DNA of 64,000 nucleotides from an uncultured Cytophagales bacterium (GTDB lineage Bacteria; Bacteroidota; Bacteroidia; Cytophagales; Amoebophilaceae): NCBI GenBank assembly GCA_963922775.1, contig CAWUJG010000002.1, positions 6,954 to 70,953 of the forward strand, read 5' to 3'. Shown piece by piece: positions 56,954 to 64,000 of this stretch (position 1 is its first letter; each line of letters starts with the position of its first letter). The notes under the pieces were generated by a model. It saw only the letters and a program-made list of their open reading frames with translations, ran no database searches and was not told where the DNA came from. The position numbers and the translations under genes were made by a program.

Positions 56954-58141
56954 ATGGCTAAAGAAATTTTTGATCGTTCAAAACCCCATGTAAACATAGG
57001 TACTATTGGACATGTAGATCATGGAAAAACTACACTTACAGCAGCAATATCTGCTGTATTATCAAAAAAAGGATTTGCGCAAGCAAGAGATTTCTCTTCT
57101 ATAGATAATGCACCAGAAGAAAAAGAAAGAGGTATTACTATAAATACTTCTCATATTGAATATCAAACAGAAAAAAGACATTATGCACACGTAGACTGTC
57201 CTGGACATGCTGACTATGTAAAAAATATGGTAACAGGCGCTGCACAAATGGATGGTGCTATCTTAGTAGTTGCTGCTACTGACGGTCCTATGCCACAAAC
57301 CAGAGAGCATATCCTCTTGGCTAGACAGGTAGGTGTACCTGCTTTAGTAGTGTTCTTAAACAAAGTAGATATGGTAGATGATCCGGAATTGATTGAATTA
57401 GTAGAAATGGAAGTAAGAGAACTACTTAGTAAATATGAATTTGATGGCGATAATATCTCTATTATTCATGGCTCAGCTTTAGGAGCACTTAATGGAGAAG
57501 ATAAATGGGTATCAAAAGTAGAACAGCTCATGGATGCTGTAGATAAAGATATTCCACTGCCAGCAAGGCTAGTAGATAAAGATTTCTTAATGCCTGTAGA
57601 AGATGTATTTTCTATTACAGGTAGAGGTACTGTAGCTACAGGTAAAATAGAACGTGGTGTAGTAAAAACAGGAGATCCTATAGAAATTATAGGTATGGGG
57701 GCTGAAAATTTGAATTCTACAGTTACTGGTATTGAAATGTTTAAAAAAATATTAGATAGAGGGGAGGCTGGAGATAATGCAGGTATCTTGTTGCGTGGTA
57801 TAGAAAAAAAAGATATACAGCGTGGTATGGTTATCTGTAAACCAAAATCTGTAACACCTCATAGTAGATTTAAGGCAGAAATTTATGTGTTGTCAAAAGA
57901 AGAAGGAGGAAGACATACACCATTTTTTACTAAATATAGACCACAGTTCTACTTGCGTACCACAGATGTTACTGGTGAGGTGAAGCTGCCAGAAGGTGTA
58001 AAAATGGTTATGCCTGGAGATAATATTACTATTGAGGTAGATCTGATTAATAGTGTGGCCATGGAGAAAGGATTACGATTTGCCATGAGAGAAGGAGGAA
58101 AAACTATAGGTGCTGGACAGGTAACAGAAATTCTAGACTAA
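56954..58141 (+). CDS. tuf: elongation factor Tu
   Basis: 395 aa; [18 protein letters not shown] and NKVD. Confidence 0.98.
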   Translation: MAKEIFDRSKPHVNIGTIGHVDHGKTTLTAAISAVLSKKGFAQARDFSSIDNAPEEKERGITINTSHIEYQTEKRHYAHVDCPGHADYVKNMVTGAAQMDGAILVVAATDGPMPQTREHILLARQVGVPALVVFLNKVDMVDDPELIELVEMEVRELLSKYEFDGDNISIIHGSALGALNGEDKWVSKVEQLMDAVDKDIPLPARLVDKDFLMPVEDVFSITGRGTVATGKIERGVVKTGDPIEIIGMGAENLNSTVTGIEMFKKILDRGEAGDNAGILLRGIEKKDIQRGMVICKPKSVTPHSRFKAEIYVLSKEEGGRHTPFFTKYRPQFYLRTTDVTGEVKLPEGVKMVMPGDNITIEVDLINSVAMEKGLRFAMREGGKTIGAGQVTEILD

Positions 58142-58165
58142 AAATTAAATTTGTAAATAAACTTT

Positions 58166-58238
58166 ACGGGTGTAGCTCAAATGGTAGAGTAGTGGTCTCC
58201 AAAACCATTGGCTGGGAGTTCAAGTCTCTCCACCCGTG
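58166..58238 (+). tRNA. tRNA-Trp (anticodon CCA)
   Basis: Acceptor ACGGGUG/CACCCGU, anticodon stem GUGGU/ACCAU with loop CUCCAAA, T arm GGGAG-UUCAAGU-CUCUC. Confidence 0.9.
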
Positions 58239-58255
58239 CGAAATAAAAATCTATC

Positions 58256-58432
58256 TTGAAAAAATTCTTATTAGCCTCCATAAACGAACTTGTTCAAAAA
58301 GTCACCTGGCCAAGGTATGCAGTATTGCAAAACTATGCCATATTGGTTGTTTTTTTATCTATAATTTTTGCCTTATTTATAGGTTTTATAGATTTTTCTT
58401 GGAAAAATTTAGTAACCTGGTTTTATAAATAA
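58256..58432 (+). CDS. secE: preprotein translocase subunit SecE (58 aa, TTG start)
   Basis: My translation in the frame offset from ORF 58192-58428 gives (M)KKFLLASINELVQKVTWPRYAVLQNYAILVVFLSIIFALFIGFIDFSWKNLVTWFYK*. It has the SecE hallmark ...ELxKVTWP... plus one TM segment, and lies between tRNA-Trp and nusG. Confidence 0.8.
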   Translation: MKKFLLASINELVQKVTWPRYAVLQNYAILVVFLSIIFALFIGFIDFSWKNLVTWFYK

Positions 58433-58439
58433 AAATATT

Positions 58440-59015
58440 ATGTCTCAAAAATACCAGTGGTATATTCTTAAGGTAGCTAGTAATAAAGAAAAAAAAGTGA
58501 AATGTTTTTTGGAAAATGAAATTCAGGGTACAAAATATGAAGATATTGTAAAAGAAATACACATACCTACTGAAAAGGTGTATACTATAAAACAGGGTAA
58601 AAAAAAAATTAAAGAAAAAAATGTGTTACCAGGGTATATATTAATATCTGCTGATCTTACTAATTTAGCTCTAGTACATACTATATGTAAAGTAAATGGT
58701 GTAATAGGTTTTTTAACTTCAGGTGGTAGATATAGTAAAACAATGGGTCCGAAGGCTGTACCAGAAAAAGAAATAAATCAAATTTTGCATTATGGCGATG
58801 AATATTTTGATGGTAATAGTGATGAAAAACTTAAATTAGAATCACCTTTTCTTATTGGTGAAGTAATTAAGGTAATAGATGGTCCTTTTCGTGAATTTAC
58901 AGGTACTATAGATAAGGTTTTAGAAGATCGTAATAAAGTTGTAGTAATTATTAAAATTTTTGGTAGAGAAACACCTACGGAATTAAGGTATAATCAGGTA
59001 GAAAAAATATATTAA
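58440..59015 (+). CDS. nusG: transcription termination/antitermination factor NusG
   Basis: WYILKVASNKEKKV NGN domain and KOW motif (GEVIKVIDGPFREFTGTI). Confidence 0.94.
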   Translation: MSQKYQWYILKVASNKEKKVKCFLENEIQGTKYEDIVKEIHIPTEKVYTIKQGKKKIKEKNVLPGYILISADLTNLALVHTICKVNGVIGFLTSGGRYSKTMGPKAVPEKEINQILHYGDEYFDGNSDEKLKLESPFLIGEVIKVIDGPFREFTGTIDKVLEDRNKVVVIIKIFGRETPTELRYNQVEKIY

Positions 59016-59050
59016 CTCCTTATATTATCATAATTATATAAAAAATATAT

Positions 59051-59476
59051 ATGTCAAAAAAAATTATAGGATATTTAAAACTTCAAATTAAAGGTGCTGC
59101 AGCTAATCCATCACCTCCAGTAGGTCCTGCGCTAGGAAGTAAAGGACTCAATATTATGGATTTTTGTAAAAAATTTAATGCAGCTACTAAAAATCAGCCT
59201 GGAGAACTTTTGCCTGTATTAATTACAATATATCAAGATAAATCTTTTGACTTTGTAGTCAAAACACCACCTGCTTCTGCATTAATACTAAAAGCAATAG
59301 ATATTGCTAAAGGATCTTCAGAGCCTAATAGAAAAAAAATAGGTACAATTTCTAAGGAGAATATTAAAAATATTGCTCAGAAAAAAATGAAAGATCTTAA
59401 TACTTTCCATTTGGAAAGTGCTATGAAAATGATAGCAGGCACAGCACGCAGTATGGGTATTCTTGTAGAATCTTGA
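59051..59476 (+). CDS. rplK: 50S ribosomal protein uL11
   Basis: [34 protein letters not shown]. Confidence 0.96.
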   Translation: MSKKIIGYLKLQIKGAAANPSPPVGPALGSKGLNIMDFCKKFNAATKNQPGELLPVLITIYQDKSFDFVVKTPPASALILKAIDIAKGSSEPNRKKIGTISKENIKNIAQKKMKDLNTFHLESAMKMIAGTARSMGILVES

Positions 59477-59492
59477 ATAAATTTGTTTTTTC

Positions 59493-60194
59493 ATGAAAAA
59501 AATGACTAAAAGATATCAAAATATATCAAAAAAATACACTCTTAAAGAGGAGTATGGCATAGATAAAGCCATATCTATACTTAAATCTATAGCTCTAGAA
59601 AAATTTAATGCTTCTGTAGATATTGCTATAAAATTAGGTATTAATGTCAAAAAATCTGACCAAATGGTGCGGGGAAGTGTAAATTTACCACATGGTACAG
59701 GAAAAAAAAAAAAAATTCTTGTACTTTGTACTCCAGATAAAGAAGAAGAAGTAAAAAAAATAGGGGTAGACTACGTAGGACTGGAAGAATATATTAAAAA
59801 AATAGAAGAAGGATGGGCAGATTTTGATGTGCTTATCACTTTGCCTAGTTTAATGCTTCAGGTAGGAAAATTAGGAAAAATATTAGGGCCTAAAGGGTTA
59901 ATGCCTAATCCTAAAACTGGTACTGTAACTACAGATTTAATTACTGCCATACAAAATGAAAAAAGTGGTAAAATAGACTTTAAAGCAGATAAAGCAGGTA
60001 TTGTACATGCTATGATAGGAAAAGTTAATTTTGATAATATCCACCTGAAAGAGAATATTTTAGCACTTATACATACTATAATAAAAATGAAACCTGCTGC
60101 AGCAAAAGGTAATTACATAAAAAAAATTCACCTCTCTAGCACTATGAGCACAGGTATTTGTATTGATACAAATAATATTCTAGAAACACTTTAA
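59493..60194 (+). CDS. rplA: 50S ribosomal protein uL1
   Basis: FNASVDIAIKLGINVKKSDQMVRGSVNLPHGTGK and GPKGLMPNPKTGTVT. Contains an A14 tract (59702-59715). Confidence 0.95.
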   Translation: MKKMTKRYQNISKKYTLKEEYGIDKAISILKSIALEKFNASVDIAIKLGINVKKSDQMVRGSVNLPHGTGKKKKILVLCTPDKEEEVKKIGVDYVGLEEYIKKIEEGWADFDVLITLPSLMLQVGKLGKILGPKGLMPNPKTGTVTTDLITAIQNEKSGKIDFKADKAGIVHAMIGKVNFDNIHLKENILALIHTIIKMKPAAAKGNYIKKIHLSSTMSTGICIDTNNILETL

Positions 60195-60195
60195 A

Positions 60196-60729
60196 ATGAA
60201 AATATCTCAAAAGCATACTATTGTTAAACAATTAACAACAGAATTGCAGCAAGCTAAATGTTTTTACGTTTTAGATGCAGAAGGACTAACCGTTTCTCAG
60301 GTTAACTATCTTCGTAAGTTATGTTTTGAAAAAAATATTGTGTACAAAGTGGTAAAAAATACATTAATTAAAAAGGCATTGGCTAATTTGAATATGCATG
60401 AAAAATATGCTGAATTTGTACATCATGTTTTAAAAAATTTTTCAGGCATAATGTTGGTGCAGTCTATTGATGCAATGCCAGCAAAAATTATACAACAATT
60501 TCGTAAAGAAAATAATACTGAAAAACCACTTTTAAAAGGAGCATCAATAGATCATGATGTATTTATTGGTGATGAACAGCTTAATATACTGAGTAAATTA
60601 AAAACAAAAGAAGAGCTGGTAGCTGATCTTATTACTTTATTAAAAAATCCTGTACAAAATGTACTAGGAGCATTACATGGTAGCCAAAATGATTTAATGG
60701 CTATCTTGAAAACTTTATCTGAAAAATAA
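60196..60729 (+). CDS. rplJ: 50S ribosomal protein uL10
   Basis: 177 aa; position between rplA and rplL. Confidence 0.9.
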   Translation: MKISQKHTIVKQLTTELQQAKCFYVLDAEGLTVSQVNYLRKLCFEKNIVYKVVKNTLIKKALANLNMHEKYAEFVHHVLKNFSGIMLVQSIDAMPAKIIQQFRKENNTEKPLLKGASIDHDVFIGDEQLNILSKLKTKEELVADLITLLKNPVQNVLGALHGSQNDLMAILKTLSEK

Positions 60730-60763
60730 ACTTTATTAATATCTTATCTTTAAAACTTTATAT

Positions 60764-61138
60764 ATGACAAATCTCAAAGAATATGCAGAAAAATTAGTGA
60801 ATTTAAGCGTTAAAGAAGTAAATGAATTAGCCGAAATACTAAAAAAAGACTATGGAATTGAGCCTGCTGCTGCTCCTATGGTTATGCAAGGAAGCATGGA
60901 AGGTGTACAAGAAAGTAAAGAAGAAAAAACAAGCTTTGATGTAATACTAAAATCTGCAGGAGCAAAAAAATTAGCAATAGTAAAAACTGTAAAAGAAATT
61001 ACAGGTCTAGGGCTTAAAGATGCCAAAGATTTAGTAGATAGTGCACCTAAACCTATAAAAGAGGGTGTTACTAAAGAAGATGCAGAAACACTAAAAAGTA
61101 AATTAGAAGAAAATGGTGCTGAAGTTGAGTTAAAATAA
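60764..61138 (+). CDS. rplL: 50S ribosomal protein bL12 (L7/L12)
   Basis: C-terminal domain [56 protein letters not shown]. Confidence 0.96.
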   Translation: MTNLKEYAEKLVNLSVKEVNELAEILKKDYGIEPAAAPMVMQGSMEGVQESKEEKTSFDVILKSAGAKKLAIVKTVKEITGLGLKDAKDLVDSAPKPIKEGVTKEDAETLKSKLEENGAEVELK

Positions 61139-61154
61139 GCTATTTTATCTTATT

Positions 61155-61188
61155 GCAGTAAAAGATTTTTTTCTTTTACTGCTTTTTT
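61155..61188 (+). terminator. rho-independent terminator/attenuator between rplL and rpoB
   Basis: 10-bp stem gcagtaaaag / cttttactgc with an 8-nt loop, followed by T6 (61183-61188). Confidence 0.6.
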
Positions 61189-61231
61189 AATTATATAAAA
61201 ATTAGAATTATTTATTCTTTCTATTGCAAAG

Positions 61232-64000
61232 ATGCATCCAATGGATAAACTTTACCAAGATAACAAACGGATTGATTTTACATCAAAATCCTCACTAATA
61301 GATTACCCACATCTTTTAGCTATACAAAGACAGTCATTTCATCAGTTTTTTTGTCTTGGCACAAAGACAGAAGAAAAAAAAAATGAAAATTTGTATAAAC
61401 TTTTTAAGGAAAAGTTTCCCATTAAAGACTCAAAAAATAATCTTACATTAGATTTTATAGATTATACATTAGATCCTCCAAAACACTCTCCTAAAGAATG
61501 TATTCATCTTGGTATTACTTATGCTGTTACATTAAAAGTAAGGCTACAATTATTGTATAATGATATAGATCAGGGAGAGTTTAAAAAAATAGAAAAAAGC
61601 GTTTTTTTTGGTAATATACCCTATATTACAGATCAATGTTCTTTTGTTGTAAATGGTATAGAAAGAGCCATAGTATCACAGTTACATAGATCACCCGGTG
61701 TCTTTTTTACACAAAATAAACATGCTAATGGTACTACATTACATTCAGCACGTATCATACCTGCACAAGGATCTTGGATAGAATTTGCTACTGATGCATA
61801 TCATATCATGTATGCCTACATAGAGAGAAAAAAAAAAATTCCTATTACTACGCTGTTACGTGTAATTGGTTATGATACAGATCAAAAAATATTAACCCTT
61901 TTTTCATTAGCAGAAGAAGTAAATCTTACTAAAAAAAATATAAAAAAATATCTTGGAAGAAAATTTGCTGGTAGAGTATTGAAGTCATGGGTAGAAGATT
62001 TTGTAGATGAAGAAACTGGAGAAGTAATTCCTATTACACGAAAAGAAATTATTATAGAACGAGACGAAGAATTTACTGAAGAACATATAGAAAAAATACA
62101 AAAAGAAGATATAAAAAAAGTATTACTTAAGCGTAATGATATTGATACCTCAGATTATGCTCTTATCTACAATACTTTAATAAAAGACCCTACAAATAAT
62201 GAAAAAGAAGCTGTAGAATATATCTATAGACAAGTAAAAAATATAGATCCTCCAGATGAGCAAACAGCTTATGAAATTGTAAATAACATATTTTTTAGCA
62301 ATAGAAAATATGATCTGGGAGAAGCGGGAAGATATAAGATCAATAAAAAACTTAAACTAAATACGCCCAATGATGCAAGAGTGCTTAGTAAAGAAGATAT
62401 TATAGCCATTGTACGATATCTTATTGATTTGAAAAATGCTAAAGTATCTGTAGATGATATAGATCATCTTGGCAATAGGCGTGTAAGAACTGTTGGTGAG
62501 CAGATATATAATCAATTTAGTATAGGGCTATCTCGCATGTCTCGTATAATACAAGAAAGACTTGAAATGCGTGATATAGAGAATTTAACGCCGAGTGATC
62601 TTATTAATGCTCGATCTTTGATATCTGCTATAAATACTTTTTTTGCTACTAATCCTCTTTCACAGTTTATGGATCAGGTGAATCCACTTGCTGAAGTTAC
62701 ACACAAAAGGCGGATATCTGCTCTGGGGCCCGGAGGACTATCAAAAGATAGAGCAGGATTTGAAGTTCGAGATATTCATTATACTCATTATGGACGCCTA
62801 TGTACTATAGAAACTCCTGAAGGTCCTAATATAGGACTTATTTCCTCTTTATGCCTATATGCTAAAATTAATAGTATGGGCTTTATAGAAACTCCCTATA
62901 AAAAAGTAAAAGAAGGTACCATAGATATGCAAGATACACCTGTATATATGACAGCAGAAGATGAAATATCTTGTAATATAGCGCAATTTAATTCTCCAAC
63001 AAATGGAAATTTTAGCTTTGTTGGAGAAAAAATAAAAGCAAGAAAAGATGGTGATTTGTTATTTATAGAAAAAGATGATATCAACTATACTGATGTAGCA
63101 CCTAATCAAATTGTTTCTGTAGCTGCTGCCTTGATACCATTTTTAGAACATGATGATCCTAGTAGGGCTTTGATGGGATCTAATATGCAACGTCAGGCTG
63201 TTCCTTTACTATATCCAGAGGCACCTATTGTAGGTACAGGGCTTGAAAAGCATGTTGCACAAGATTTTGAAGGCTTAATTAAAGCAGAAAAAGACGGTGT
63301 AGTAACATATGTAGATGCTAAAAATATTATTATAGAATATAATGTTTCTTTTGAAGAAAAAATTGCATCTTTTAACGATTTTACTGTAGTCTATTCTCTA
63401 GACAAGTTTCGGAAAACCAATCAAGAAACATGTATTAACTTAAAACCTATTGTATCCAAAGGAGATAGGGTATATGCTGGTCAAGTATTATGTGAAGGAT
63501 ATGCTACACAAAGAGGTGAGCTGGCCTTAGGAAAAAATCTACAAGTAGCCTTTATGTCATGGCAGGGTTATAATTTTGAAGATGCTATAGTAATATCTGA
63601 AAGAGTGGTAAAAGAAGATATATTTACCTCATTGCATATTGAAGAGTTTAGCATAGACATCCGTGATACTAAGATAGGCCAAGAAGAATTTACTGCAGAA
63701 ATACCTAGCCTAAGTGAAGTAGCTATTAAAAATTTAGATGAAAATGGTATGGTAAAAATAGGTACACGCATTAAGCCTGGAGATATTTTAATTGGTAAAA
63801 TTACGCCAAGAGAAAAGTTAGATGTTAAGCCAGAAGAAAAGCTTTTAGAAGCTATATTTGGGCCTAAAGCAGGTAATGTAAAAGATAATTCACTCATAGC
63901 TCCTGCATCTACAGAAGGCACTGTTATAGACATAAAATTATTTACTAATAAATATAAAAAAGAAAAAATTACACGAAAACAAATTAAAAAAGAAGTTGCT
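61232..64000 (+). CDS. rpoB: DNA-directed RNA polymerase subunit beta, 5' part (923 codons; runs off the window)
   Basis: Not in the ORF track because there is no stop within the window. My translation starts MHPMDKLYQDNKRIDFTSKSSLIDYPHLLAIQRQSFHQFF. The signature HKRRISALGPGGLSKDRAGFEVRDIHYTHYGRLCTIETPEGPNIGLI occurs at about 62702-62850. The frame is open to 64000 at the places I spot-checked. Confidence 0.93.
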   Translation, partial: MHPMDKLYQDNKRIDFTSKSSLIDYPHLLAIQRQSFHQFFCLGTKTEEKKNENLYKLFKEKFPIKDSKNNLTLDFIDYTLDPPKHSPKECIHLGITYAVTLKVRLQLLYNDIDQGEFKKIEKSVFFGNIPYITDQCSFVVNGIERAIVSQLHRSPGVFFTQNKHANGTTLHSARIIPAQGSWIEFATDAYHIMYAYIERKKKIPITTLLRVIGYDTDQKILTLFSLAEEVNLTKKNIKKYLGRKFAGRVLKSWVEDFVDEETGEVIPITRKEIIIERDEEFTEEHIEKIQKEDIKKVLLKRNDIDTSDYALIYNTLIKDPTNNEKEAVEYIYRQVKNIDPPDEQTAYEIVNNIFFSNRKYDLGEAGRYKINKKLKLNTPNDARVLSKEDIIAIVRYLIDLKNAKVSVDDIDHLGNRRVRTVGEQIYNQFSIGLSRMSRIIQERLEMRDIENLTPSDLINARSLISAINTFFATNPLSQFMDQVNPLAEVTHKRRISALGPGGLSKDRAGFEVRDIHYTHYGRLCTIETPEGPNIGLISSLCLYAKINSMGFIETPYKKVKEGTIDMQDTPVYMTAEDEISCNIAQFNSPTNGNFSFVGEKIKARKDGDLLFIEKDDINYTDVAPNQIVSVAAALIPFLEHDDPSRALMGSNMQRQAVPLLYPEAPIVGTGLEKHVAQDFEGLIKAEKDGVVTYVDAKNIIIEYNVSFEEKIASFNDFTVVYSLDKFRKTNQETCINLKPIVSKGDRVYAGQVLCEGYATQRGELALGKNLQVAFMSWQGYNFEDAIVISERVVKEDIFTSLHIEEFSIDIRDTKIGQEEFTAEIPSLSEVAIKNLDENGMVKIGTRIKPGDILIGKITPREKLDVKPEEKLLEAIFGPKAGNVKDNSLIAPASTEGTVIDIKLFTNKYKKEKITRKQIKKEVA

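Noticed and set aside
58192-58428. 78-aa ORF from the track (MVSKTIGWEFKSLHPCEIK...)
   Set aside because: It starts inside tRNA-Trp and encodes an implausible Cys/His-rich peptide. The adjacent frame encodes a clear SecE (58256-58432).
62896-63933. Minus-strand ORFs 62896-63084 and 63568-63933
   Set aside because: They are antisense to rpoB, which is missing from the track only because it has no stop codon in the window.
1-64000. Alternative genetic code (TGA as Trp), as in some reduced AT-rich genomes
   Set aside because: TGA closes well-conserved genes at the expected length (secY at 41839-41841, the ftsL-like gene at 4185-4187, the fabF stop overlapping the rnc start), and Trp positions use TGG.

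Overview
AT-rich bacterial chromosome segment, roughly 30% GC judged by eye (not computed). It uses the standard code: TGA terminates secY and the ftsL-like gene. Gene content and order are typical of Bacteroidota: acpP-fabF-rnc; an FtsL_2-type ftsL-ftsI-murE block; tRNA-Tyr/Gly/Thr-tuf-tRNA-Trp-secE-nusG-rplKAJL-rpoB; and rplQ-eno-ftsB. The window also has long A/T homopolymers inside genes, decayed genes, Rpn/YhgA-like nuclease genes and a eukaryote-type USP deubiquitinase. Together with the strong AT bias, these suggest a reduced, host-associated genome of the Amoebophilaceae kind (Cardinium/Amoebophilus-like). That taxonomic guess is inference only. Most of the window is housekeeping. It holds a nearly complete S10-spc-alpha ribosomal superoperon (31.8-45.9 kb, lacking rpsJ), the tuf/secE/nusG/rplKAJL/rpoB block (56.6-64 kb), nusA-infB, three aminoacyl-tRNA synthetases, glycolysis genes (pgk, eno, fbaB) and scattered peptidoglycan genes (ftsI, murE, glmM, ddl, DUF368). 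I see no multi-gene novel system (no CRISPR, no obvious defence island, no prophage). The most unusual items are single loci. First, an 896-aa ORF carrying two complete D-Ala-D-Ala-ligase modules in tandem. Second, a USP/UCH-type cysteine protease with an N-terminal signal sequence. Third, three Rpn/YhgA-like nuclease loci in different states of decay. Fourth, homopolymer-linked frame problems: the ftsI 5' end and a frameshifted glycine-zipper lipoprotein gene. Fifth, a 1.1-kb ORF-free gap where mraZ/rsmH would be expected. Several real genes are absent from, or mis-framed in, the supplied ORF track, and I recovered them by my own translation: rpoB (runs off the window), rpmD, rpmJ, rpmH, secE (different frame, TTG start) and a bS22-like mini-protein.
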